Part shown: one piece after another, positions 1 through 11,152 of the stretch | Layout: each line of letters starts with the position of its first letter | Numbering within the stretch: the stretch's first letter is position 1 | Source of the DNA: Mytilus californianus | Taxonomy: Eukaryota | Direction: 5' to 3' | DNA: 64,000 nucleotides | NCBI RefSeq assembly: GCF_021869535.1 | Contig: NW_026262637.1 | Coordinates: forward strand, 30,876,001 to 30,940,000 | Translations under genes and position numbers: made by a program | The notes under the pieces: model-generated | Told to the model about the DNA's origin: nothing | Databases searched by the model: none | What the model saw: only the letters and a program-made list of their open reading frames with translations

Positions 1-157
1 TGAATTTGCCTTGGAGTTCAGTATTTTTGTTATACTTTTATTCTGATACAGAACAGACAGATGGACCCACATACCTGAAACCATAATGCCCCTTAATATG
101 GTAGTCATGTCATAAAAATACAGTCATAAATAAATGAAAAAGAACTTTTTTATTTAC

Positions 158-228
158 CTTCAAATCTTTAGGTTTATGTGGCCCAAATGATGATCCATTT
201 TGTGAGACGGTTTCAATAATTGGTGGTC
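158..228 (-). CDS. TMEM181: TMEM181 coding exon 3 (GPPIIETVSQNGSSFGPHKPKDLK); gene continues beyond window start
   Basis: Acceptor gtatttag|, donor AAG|gtaaat; phase 1 matches exon 2; GP-x-(V/I)-I motif follows TM1 as in TMEM181. Confidence 0.75.
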
Positions 229-2416
229 CTAAATACAAAGCAGTCAACTATTGAAACACTTTGTTTAAAATATAAGGTAAAATAGCATTATACATGTTAT
301 TATGATTTAATTTTTTTTCATATACAATATTGTCCTATTTATGTGTGCAATGTTTATAAATTATTTTTTCTTTCTTTTAAATGTACCTGGATGGTGTAAG
401 TGAATACTGGTACAATATGTCAAAGACTCAAATAGCCAGGTTGCAATATTTGCGGTTTGAAATTTGAAGAGCTATGAATTTTTTTGAAAATGGGGATGGT
501 AGTAGTACACATATTTGATATACATCAGGGAACATATTTGAATTCTAGTAAGGAAAGTTGGATACATCTTCTAATTTCTAAAATTAGAAAAACTAAAATA
601 TAGCCTAAGAGACATAAGTTGAAACAGACAAAATTTCACCAAAACCAGACACAAAGGGAGGGGCCAGTCCGAAGGGCACTTCTTTAATGTACATGTATAA
701 GCCAACATTCTTTGGAAATCTACAAAGGTTCTCTACATTTGTGTATGATATGGTCAATGCTAATAAAAAGATTCTACACAGTGGCATGAGTGGTGAGTCT
801 CTGGTTTGAAAACTATATGACTCAAAATCAATACTGTAAATTTTGTGTGATTTTTGAAGAAAGGACAAGACATGATATTAATCATTGTAATTTCAGTAAA
901 TGATGCAATCAAATAATGTTATAAAAATTTAAAATGCCAGTTAATATTTTTTGCCTTAATTATTGATTTGCAATTTGCCCATAATAAAAACAATAATTTC
1001 TGAATTAAAAATGCTGCTGAAAGATAGCAATGTTTTGCTAGCTTGAAAATCTGCAAACTTTCTTTAAATCATAAAATGTGTATGTAACTTAAGGTATATA
1101 TCTTCAATTTGTTTATTATATACAGACATTTTACAAAGTTTGAAGGCTCTAACTGAAAGCACTTAAAAGTTGATAGCACAAAATTGGTACCCACTCTGCC
1201 CCCATCCCCCCAAGCCTGCATCTTATTCTCCACACTATAACAGGTCTTTACAGGATTCCCAGTTCAACTTAGGAGTTTTAAAGGCAAATCAAGGGGTTCA
1301 CCAGTTTTGCCCATGGCAAGTTTAACAGTGAGAAGAAAAACAATGAAAATGCTGTTATTTATTATATAAGTCTCCATGTGACAAAACAGAGAATGGGAGA
1401 TAAATCACATTTAGATTAACTTTTAAACTTTTGCTTTGAAATGATGACAGCTGGTCTCAGCTGATACAACAATGTACAATCTACTTCCATTTTTGGACTC
1501 AATTCAGATATTGATGAGTCCAAACAGATTTTCATGAGTCTAGGACTCATGGAGTTGTCTTAGTAAAACCTTACCTGCAACCTGGTACACAGTGAAGTTC
1601 AAGATAAGGTTATATGTCAGTGAGACAAGAACACAAGGACAAAAAATCAAGTCATTTTGGGGTGAACATAAAGTTGTCAACAATAGACAAGTGTCTACAC
1701 AACATGTAAATCGCTCGTCTACAAAAGTTTTCAATAATTAAATGACAGATGAAATAAGGCCTTCAGCAATTTTAAGAGCAAAAATCCTCAAAATTAATTT
1801 AAATTTTGTTCCTGGCAATTGCATGTTATGATAAACAGAAAACAGCAAATAAATCTACACAGCACAACAGCCTGGGAGAAAATTACAAAAATATGACATT
1901 ATATGTGTATTTTTGCTGTGCATGTACTGATTTTGTGTCATGGATGGATACCCCATATCCTTTGTTTTTCTATTAACATCCTTTCTTAATTTTCTGCCAT
2001 ACATGTATGATGTAGGTTAACCTAATATAACTGCATACCAAATATTAAGATGCTATGATTTGTAGCTGATGAAAAATTGAAAGAAATGAAGAAAATTTGG
2101 GGAACACATACATGGCAGGGTGGTAAGACTCAATCCTTTCATCATTGTAACTTCTCCCCATATAACATGTATAAATGATACATTAGATGTAGAGGGAAGA
2201 TTGTCACAACAGGAAAATCATGCACTTCAAAAGGATAATAAAATACTTAAAATTTGACAATACACAAGTGTATATATCAAGAGTATGCCTTTTGTGATTG
2301 TTGGTTTAACTTTTAACTTCCAGTAGCAAAAATCGATTGAATATTACAAAAGTAACTAGCTGCATCTCAAATTAATATACCAGTACTTAAACCAAAATAT
2401 ATGGAGAATAACTCAC

Positions 2417-2520
2417 CTGCGACTCCAATCAATAAACTAATACCAAAACATATGAAGAAAGTAACAAAAACCAGTACAAATTGTCTTTTGTTCAATGCAT
2501 ACAATCTCATCTGGACTGAC
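2417..2520 (-). CDS. TMEM181: TMEM181 coding exon 2 (SVQMRLYALNKRQFVLVFVTFFICFGISLLIGVA, first TM helix)
   Basis: Acceptor ttttatag|, donor GCAG|gtgagt. Translation closely matches human TMEM181 MRLYTLSKRHFVLVFVVFFICFGLTIFVG. Not in the ORF track. Confidence 0.92.
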
Positions 2521-2869
2521 CTATAAAATAAATTCACAATAGTGTTAATTTTCAGATTGTTTGAGAAATTAAGAATGAATGCATCACTTTGAAGTTCATT
2601 TGTAAATAAGAATCACATGGTCAGTTCATCCTCCCCTATTGCCAACTTGTCATAATATGTGTTGCAACTTTTTAAAGCCTGTTAGGATCTATGCTATATT
2701 TTCATGTCATATAGCCCATGGGATGGAATCAATAAGACATTTATTCTGAATCAGAGTTCTGTTGGAGCTGTAGAGCAGTCTGAGACCCCTGCATTCAGTT
2801 CAGGTGCCAGAAGGGGAATCAGATATATCAGAGGCACCCATGGGAGTACAATGTAGGTAAAAAACAAGG

Positions 2870-3075
2870 ACATGGTCCCTTGTCAGGAAAGGTGGATTCC
2901 CAAACACATGGTCTCCACATTGTTTGGTCTTGATGGGAGGCCCTGTTTAACAAGTCTGAATCATTCCTATTTCCCTGTAGAAACAAACTCCAAGATGGAG
3001 GGTCTACATTTACTGAGGATGAGGAGCACATCTTGAAAGAGGAAGATGATTTTATGCTGAAAGTTGGGAGAGGGC
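2870..3075 (+). pseudogene. Highly decayed DIRS1-like reverse transcriptase fragment
   Basis: KMEGLHLL (2992-3015) followed after a frameshift by DFMLKV (3048-3065) resembles the DIRS1 RT motif FKMEGLxxLxxxxxxGD(W/F)MxKxDLKDAY; locally GC-richer than the flanks. Confidence 0.45.
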
Positions 3076-4055
3076 CTTGGTTTGGTGTCATCAAGGACAT
3101 ACATGGAGATCATGTATGGAATCTATAGACCTGGGCAGAGAGAGTTTAAAAACAGTCACAGCAATGGGACCCTGCTATTATGTATACACTCATTCAACAG
3201 TTGTTCACAGCCGATCATCCACGGGTAGAAAACAATGAGAAAGGGCGGGGGTATCCTAATTAAGTCTTTTGTACAGGAAAGGTCTAATCTGATATTTGTA
3301 CAAGTAATGAGGTGAAATACATATGATTTATATTGGATCTCTAAGTAGATTAATGTCAATGGTTTTAGAAAAGGTATCACTCAAATGGATTGAAATTATA
3401 CTTTGGACACAATTTTGGGGACATTTGTGACATTATCACCACTGCCCCCCTTTCTTGCAATATTTCATATCAAATAAATGCAGATTGATGTCATGGTTAC
3501 ACCATAAACATGATAAAGAGATTACATTTCACCAGTTTAACTATTGGATATCAAATCTATGGAAGATGCTGTTTCCATACATGACACAACATTAAGCAAG
3601 GGAAAGAGGGTGGTTAATTATTGAGTGTTCTTCCTAACTGTGTATTGCTACTTAAGATGCTAGCCCATCAATGCAGGACGCGACATCCATGTACCTTGAA
3701 AAGATGTATCGACCATGGGACAACATCATCCATACTTTGTGAAGTCCATAGCTTTTTTTTTCGGAAATATTTTATTTATAAAAAGTATTGTGATATTATA
3801 CATGTAGATGGTTATTATATATATATATATGCTGTATTTACATTATTTGTTATGTTTTTATATGTTATTCACTTGGAATACACATTATATATATCATATA
3901 TAAATGTGCTTTATTTGCTGCAGACTAGGTATCTACCACATGTACTAATGGAAGCGGTCTCGTCTTACTTCCCCCACCTCAGGAGTCATCATATCATTAT
4001 GGCTCTCATAATGCATACCCTAGGCCTAGCTAAAAATCCTATCTAACCACCATGG

Positions 4056-4278
4056 TATTTTTTAGTTGGGCGCCAAATGCATCCGGAGAGCATGATTTTC
4101 ATGGCAAAGTCATTTTGTTTCCTCAGGGACTCAATCCCGGGACCTCTGTGGCGCTGGGCAGTGCTTTGGCCGACTGACCTTAGCTCGCTAAGGTCAGTCG
4201 GTTGGGGCGCTGCCTTGTGGCATAGGGGTCCTGTGTTCGATTCTGTAGAATCATGCTCTTCAGTTACACTAAAAAGTA
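4056..4278 (+). other. Long fold-back with many G.U pairs (candidate structured RNA or ssDNA element), identity unknown
   Basis: Manual pairing: 4138-4184 with 4187-4233 (45 of 47 paired, 11 G.U), 4085-4099 with 4247-4261, 4056-4066 with 4268-4278, and side hairpin 4103-4119. Confidence 0.75.
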
Positions 4279-4756
4279 TGGACGTCGTGGATATGTGGCC
4301 GTCGCATCTCGAAAGCTAGCCCACATGGTGACAGTCCAGAGGATAAATATCACCCTACCCAGACCCAATAACCTTATCAAATATAAATACTATGGAAATT
4401 ATAGCGAGGTCTATAAAATGACGTCGAACCCTCTGCGTTCAAATTAGATCAATACGGGCGAGATCAAATCTTCTAGCCATTTCTGGATATAGACTCGGGT
4501 CATTGGAAATGATTGCAATGTTTTTTTTATGATGGAAATTAGCTTACGACTCAATTTCTCTTGCCATGTTGGCAAGTCAATATTCGTGTTTGTCAAGCAA
4601 CAACAAGATCGAGATCTAAGATTCTAAAAAGAAAATAGAATCAGTATTTCAGAATTACGCAATTTTTTATAGATTGCTTTGACTGTTGACAACGTCGGTT
4701 TCCCCAAGTTTTGACTTCAGTCCAAGCAACGAGAAACGACTCCATTATGTTTCTTA

Positions 4757-5008
4757 GGGAGCTACCATTTGATTTTTATGGGGGGGGGGCTCTAGGATGA
4801 AATTTTAAAAAAATAGGCAGGACAGTTTTGAGTAAAAAAAAAGGCAGGATGAGCAACTTGGTAAAAAATAAAGGCAGGATGACAATTTGTGTAAAAAATT
4901 CAGGATAAACTAGTAAAAAAAATGCAGGACAGAGATTGCAACTAAAAAAAAATGCAGGACACAATTTTTCATCCTGCCCCCCCCCCCTAAAAATCAATGG
5001 TAGCTCCC
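4757..5008. mobile_element. PIF/Harbinger-type MITE, copy 1
   Basis: TIR GGGAGCTACCATT(T)GATTTTTA at both ends, TTA target duplication, internal A-run/GGCAGGA repeats; second copy at 39706-39992. Confidence 0.85.
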
Positions 5009-5120
5009 TTATGAAAAAGGTATGATATCGTTTTATGCCGTTTACCTGAATAAATATTACTAGTTATTATCAATATTGTATTGTTATTTTTTATAAATTT
5101 TACTACTGTAAATATAATAT

Positions 5121-5410
5121 AGAAGAAGAAGATGCTTTATTTCCATCAAATGGGCTCACAAGGAGCATAATATAATATCATTATAATATTATTTTTACAA
5201 ATATAACAAACAATACAGTATACATAGTTACAAACACAAATAAGAAACAACAGTTTTCACATATTCGTATATATAAAACCTTCGTCTCATATAGAGAGCA
5301 TCCGAGCTGAGCATGTTAATATGGTTAAATGACCAATGGTGGAAGGAGTAACAGCACCTGTTCTACATATGAAAATATGGTTCCTCTACAAGGGGGGTTT
5401 AAAGATAAGT
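5121..5410 (-). mobile_element. 3' end fragment of a CR1/L2-like LINE
   Basis: Minus strand ends GCTCCTTGTGAGCCCATTTGATGGAAATAAAGCA followed by a (TCT)n tail, a LINE-type 3' terminus; no intact ORF. Confidence 0.45.
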
Positions 5411-5815
5411 TAGATAGAAAGACTAACTACTAATTAAAAAAAAAATGTGTGCTCAACCCTTACATTTACTCTGGGACATAATATACTGACAGTATTAATA
5501 GTCCCAGATTTATTTCATCCATCATTTCAAACCTTTCAAACAGTCACTTTTCCTTATGGAAATTATTCTCAAACCTATGTGTATTTTGTTCGTCGAGGAC
5601 ATCGTGAGTAATCGATGACCGACATGCAAACCATTTGTCGTCATTTTCTCCGCACAATCGGCCAAAGGGGTGAAGAGTCGCCAACTTTCTGCTGTTTAAC
5701 ATCGTCCTGTAAGGTGTTGTTGTGTACTTTTTTTTTTGCGAGCAATATCTACATCTGCATTATTAGTGTTTCAACCTTTGTTGTGTGAAAAAAAATGACA
5801 ATGACTCTAACTCAC

Positions 5816-5952
5816 CTTTCACATCGATCATGATGATATGTCGGTGCTATGTGTTTAGAAAATGCACTAAACATATCGGAAAATTGAGACAAAAATGCGC
5901 GTGCATTGTTAGTCCAAGACGGCGTAGAAAACGAATATGTATAAGAATCCAT
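5816..5952 (-). CDS. TMEM181: TMEM181 coding exon 1 (MDSYTYSFSTPSWTNNARAFLSQFSDMFSAFSKHIAPTYHHDRCER)
   Basis: ATG at 5952; donor AG|gtgag at 5816/5815 (phase 2) joins exon 2 to give YHHDRCERSVQMRLY, the N-terminal motif of invertebrate TMEM181. Confidence 0.85.
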
Positions 5953-8233
5953 TTTGTCAACAAGGTCCGTTTTCTGCTGGAACTGCTTACGATCAGATTT
6001 CAAGAGATACACATCAAAATAACAATCTCAATTAAGAAAGTTACGTTGCCATATAAGTATTTTCATATCCATGTTTTTTATATAACTAATTTCATTTCCA
6101 TACAAATGCCTGGAACCGATAATGGTTTATTTCCATTTATGATAGAAAATCGATTACAGTGACTACAGACGATAGCGGAAGTGTAAAATCTCCATGAGAA
6201 TTAATCGATAACCATTCTGTTTTCTGCATGTCATTATCGTTTACGTCAACCTTGGCATAACAGTTGTTAATCGATGAAAATCAATTATTAAGATACTATC
6301 TTAATTATGAAAACTTTTAATTGTGAATTTTGAATAAACAAAACAAGACAAGACAATATCTTTTTTACACTAAATAAGTTGACAGGTGTTCCCATCGTTA
6401 ATTTCAGGTAAAAATTCCTTTTGGAAGTAAAACAGTTTATTTAATTAATATAGAAATAGACTGTTTATATATAAATATAAAACTATACTATATAAAACAT
6501 GATAACATAAGAAAGCTGTATAGTAAAAGGTATTAATATAAATCAAAGTACTGAAGTACTGAACATCGGATGACCTTAAGTTCTTGTGGATGGTCACAAG
6601 CACTTGTATCAGAAAAAAAATCACATCTCTATACCTGAAAGTGAGGTTAAGGTACATAGATATGTTTTTTTTAGAGACAAGTTAGTGCGTGGATGATGAA
6701 TAAATGACGGGGAATTCAACCTCACCGTAATAACTATTATATTGTAGTGATACTAATACGGCGTTTGTACTAATACCAACAGACCCATGATTTTGGTTGT
6801 GTTCCCTTTCATGTCTGATTGGGAAATTTTTGATCCGCTGTTTTCTTCCAAGCTATTGGATTTCTAGAATTCCAAAGTTCGTCAAATTTGATGAGATTGT
6901 TCCTTTACACACAAACATCATTAATCAACAAATCAAAGTGATCTAAAATCACTAATGGAAAGATTGAAGAATTGTGTGTATAATTTCAATCATATTTTAC
7001 ACTTCCATAGCATTGGTGGTGGACAATAAAAACTTGCTATAGCACTATTGCATATTTGTTAGTTATATTACTGCAGATTTTTAGAATGATAAGCAATTTT
7101 TCAGCGAATAAAGTAGCTTGAGAGAGTTATGTCAGTGGGTCACTAAATTTGCATAATAACTTCTTTATGATTGCAACTTAATAGATATAAAAAGATGTGG
7201 TATGAGTGCCAATGAGACAACTCTCCATCCAAGTCAAAATTTATAAAAGTAAACCATTATAGGTCAAAGTACGGTCTTTAATGTTTATAGTTTTTTTAAA
7301 CAGAAGAAATTACATAATAAAGAAAATTATCATTTTCGTTTTTCAGTAAACCTGGGATCAATGGTTAAAGAGACTTGAAACTTAATGTCAATTTTTCATC
7401 TCCCAAAATTAACATGTGAATGGTTGTTTTGTGGGCATGTCTGTTACTCATACAGATTTTCATTTTGGTCTTTTCTCAAAAAAGTGCATTATGTATTAAT
7501 CCTTAATTAATCATCTTTCAAACATTATTTACAGATCATTTAGTGTAAATCAAAAGATATGTATAGCCATAATAGGTAAAGGAAAAAAATCTATCATCTG
7601 TTTATAATTTTATTAAAGAAATCTCCATTTAGTATTTGTTAGTTTCAATTTAACATGAAGACAGAGCCTGACATATATAGATCAAATTATATCAGATATT
7701 AATGAGGTCAAAGTTTGTGTATTGAGTGGTCTGCCATGTTATGTATAAAATTAAGTTATGACATTTGGTCAATTATGATAGGCATTAAGGGGGAGGAGTC
7801 TGTGTAGAATTCAAATAATTGTCCCACCCGTTGTGTTTAATTGTACCTTGATCATGACAGTTGTCAATCATTCTGTTAATGTATAAATACACTTTAAGTA
7901 AAAAGATAAAAATTGAAAAAAGTAATGACTATTATTTTTGAAAAAATACTCAAAATCAAGATGTAACCAAATTTCTTACCAGTTCATTTGTGTGCATATG
8001 TACACAGACATGAGAACAATTGGGAATATATGTCAGTGTGTATAGATTTAGTAGCTATTCTGTCCACTTTCTGTTTGGAGGCCGGTGCCTTAGGAAAGAA
8101 TTGGAACACATTCCAATCTTTCCAAAAAATTAAAACATTTACGCTCGTAAAGATGTTTTCCATTTCTACATTTTATATCAATTGATTCAAAACACAGTGA
8201 ACTGTATTTATCACCTACAAGTATCATTACATA

Positions 8234-10013
8234 TGTAAGTGATAAATTTGTCCTGGTAATATATGTCCATGGTTACAGAATTTACTAGTATTTTTAGTCC
8301 GATGTTAGTAATTTATGTCCCCAGACTAATTTTCCTAGGAATTCAAGTCCATGTCATTAATATTCCTAGGTAAAAACGTCCATGTTCTTTTTTTAATAAG
8401 AAAAATATTAATGAATCAATTCATTTACATTTATACAATATTGGAAATTTAAATATTACGTTTTAATATTGTTTAAGAGTTGTGTATTTATATTTTTAAT
8501 AAAATTCATGTCCCCAAAATAATTTTCCTAGGAAATCATGTCCATGTCATTAATATTCCTAGGCAAAAACGTCCATGCCCTTTATTTTAAAAGGTAAATA
8601 TAAATGTTATGTTTTAATATTGTTTAAGAGTTGTGTATCAATTTTTTTAATATAATGTTTGTCCCCAAAATAATTTTCCTAGGAAATCATGTCCATGTCA
8701 TTAATATTCCTAGGTAAAAACGTCCATGCCATTTATTTTAAAAGGAAAATTTTAATGAAACAAATTATTTACATGTAAACAATGGAAATTCAATTTTTAT
8801 GTTTTGATATTGTTTAAGAGTTGTGCATTAATATTTTAATAAAATTCATCTCCCCAGACTAATTTTCCTAGGAAATCATGTCCATGTCATTAATATTCCT
8901 AGGTAAAAGCGTCCATTCCCTTTATTTTGAAAGTTAAATTTAAATGTTATGTTTTAATATTGTTTTAAAGTTGTGTATTAATATTTTAATAAAATTTATG
9001 TCCCCAGACTAATTTTCCTAGCACATCATGTCCATGTCACTAACATGCCTAGGTTATAATGTCCGGCCATGTCCTTTATTTTAATAGGAAAAAGTAATGG
9101 AACTTTCCAATCTTAATTAAGAAAATATGTTGTTTTTTTATTTGCAATAATTTTTGAAATATAATAAAAACTACTAGAAAAACAAGTCTTAGGACAATTT
9201 TTCCTAGGAAAATAAGTGCCAGACATATTTTACTAGCTATGGACTTATTTTCCTAGGAAAATTTGTCCTGGGACTTAAATTCCTAGTAAAATAATGGTCA
9301 TGGACTTGATTAACTAGGAAAACAAGAGGCTCTCAAGAGCCTGAATCGCTGTATTTCAGAGGAGAAGATTTTTAAATGTTAGCAAACTTGATGAACAAAT
9401 TGTGTAAAATTGTCTTTAAAGGGCAATAACTCCTTAAGGGGTCAATTTTGGTCAGATTAACTTTTTTGTAGATCTTACTTTGCTGAACATTATTGCTGTT
9501 TACAGTTTATATCTATCTATAATAATATTCAAGACAACAAAAAACTGCAAAATGTCCTTAAAACTACCAATTTAGTGGCAGCAACCCAACAATGGGTTGT
9601 TCGATTCGTCTGAAAATTTCAGGGCTGATAGATCTTGACCAATTGAACAATTATACCCCATGTCAGATTTGCTCTAAAAGCTTTAGTTTTTAAGATATAA
9701 GCCAAAAACTGCATTTGACCCCTATGTTCTATTTTTAGCCATGGTGGCCATGTTTGTCGATGGATCAAAACTTGGGATACAATTTATAAACTAGATACCC
9801 TAAGGAACATTTAGTTAAAGTTTGAAGGTATTTGGCCTAGTAGTTTCAGAGGAGAAGATTTTTGAAATAGTTTACGACGACAGACGACGACGACAGACGA
9901 CGGACGACGACGGACGCCAAGTGATGGCATAAGCTCACATGGGGCCCTTCGGCCCCGGTGAGCAAAAAAGTCTGGCGGACAAATTTTACTACCGGACCAA
10001 ATTTACTGTGGCA
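8234..10013. repeat. Foldback-like modular repeat element with internal 150/190 bp tandem units
   Basis: AATTTTCCTAGG anchor at 8328, 8521, 8672, 8861 and 9011; inverted modules (GGACAAATTT versus AAATTTGTCC) at 9180-9320 and 9965-10013; imperfect TG...CA ends. Confidence 0.6.
9321..9968 (-). mobile_element. Helentron-associated non-autonomous element (HINE-like) nested in the foldback element
   Basis: Terminal palindrome AGGCTC-TCAA-GAGCCT, (GAC)n microsatellite, GCTCAC...GTGAGC subterminal inverted repeat, inserted in an A-run without TSD; related copy at 42230-43094. Confidence 0.7.
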
Positions 10014-10116
10014 TATGTATATACCTATATACCTGTATACCGGTAGTCAATGGATAGTGATATGAGTACTTTTTGTCATTCGCCTGGTGATCTAATATAT
10101 ACTGAACTACAAAACT

Positions 10117-11152
10117 GTGCGTTACAGCCAATGCCCATCACACGAATGTTTTTCAAATAACTTGATCAGTCAAGATTCGCAATCTAGGCTAATAAATGAA
10201 TCGCAACAGTTAGCGAAATACTTTCTTAACGACGCAAGTGATACAAACGTAGTCTCAATCCCAGAGCCGTCTCAAATCATAACTGATCGCATTGATTCAG
10301 AATGTAATGGTCTACCCAAAGATTCGTTTGTTGCTTCTTTACTAGAAATATGCCAAAATGACACTGATAAGCTTGAACAACTTAGATTATACTATTTCAA
10401 AGTTGCAAAATGTAAAGAAGACTTCTCCATTCAATGCGCAGTATTGAAACGGAGAGTTAATCCGAAAAAGAAAACTGGTGAACCACTCATAAATAAACTT
10501 GGGCGCGATTGTTACGCACTTCGGCTAGCATCAAGGGGTGAATTTTGCGATGATCTTAAAGAAACTTTTAGCTCTAGATCCGTTTCGACCAATTTGTCAA
10601 ATATCGACGCTGATGTCACTACTTCGGCGCCAAATTTCGACACCATTCTGCGTGGAAAACTTATCAAATTAGAAAGTGCTGTCCTCGAACTAAAAGCATC
10701 TAACTCTAAAACTGTCTCAAACTTAACTAACAAAATAGACGGATTGTACACTGAGAATAAAAAGCTACATACTGAGTTGAATAAGCAAAAGGAACGTCAC
10801 ATAAACATTCAAAGTCAGCTAAATATAATTCGCTCAAAAAAACATTATGTTGAATGACGCCGTTGCGAATTTTGAAAAGACGCAGAAAACGAATATTGAT
10901 AATCTAACAGAACTATCCCAATATCATAAAAACAACGAAGGTACTATGCGTGGCACCATCGAGTCAATGAACAATCTTACGTCAGTTGTTCGTCAAAATG
11001 AAAATAAGATCAACAACATAAAAACCAAATTAGATAAGACTACAACATTATCGAATGAAACAAAATTTAGACTTGATTCTGAAATCATCAGAATCAGAAA
11101 GATTAGCGACAGTCGTGCATCTGGATTGTGTAACCTCCGATTTATTAGATGA
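10117..11152 (+). pseudogene. LINE ORF1 (coiled-coil rich), split into ORFs 10117-10857 and 10847-11152
   Basis: Two overlapping ORFs immediately upstream of the APE domain; heptad-like LxxLExxVxxL stretches. Confidence 0.6.

Noticed and set aside
605-868. 87 aa minus-strand ORF inside TMEM181
   Set aside because: No TMEM181 similarity; exon 2 splices in phase directly to 158-228.
4000-4340. Fold-back as hammerhead/twister ribozyme, 7SK, SRP, RNase P/MRP or telomerase RNA
   Set aside because: Partial look-alikes exist (CGAAAGCTAG pairing with CTAGCTA, minus-strand CTGAAGA...GAAC, GGCGCTGCCTTGTGGCA), but there is no complete CUGAnGA/GAAA core, no CCCUAA template, no family conserved boxes, and internal T-runs argue against Pol III.
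3621-4447. ORFs 3621-4046, 4077-4319 and 4253-4447
   Set aside because: No recognisable domain; openness is explained by (AT)n and the locally GC-rich hairpin.
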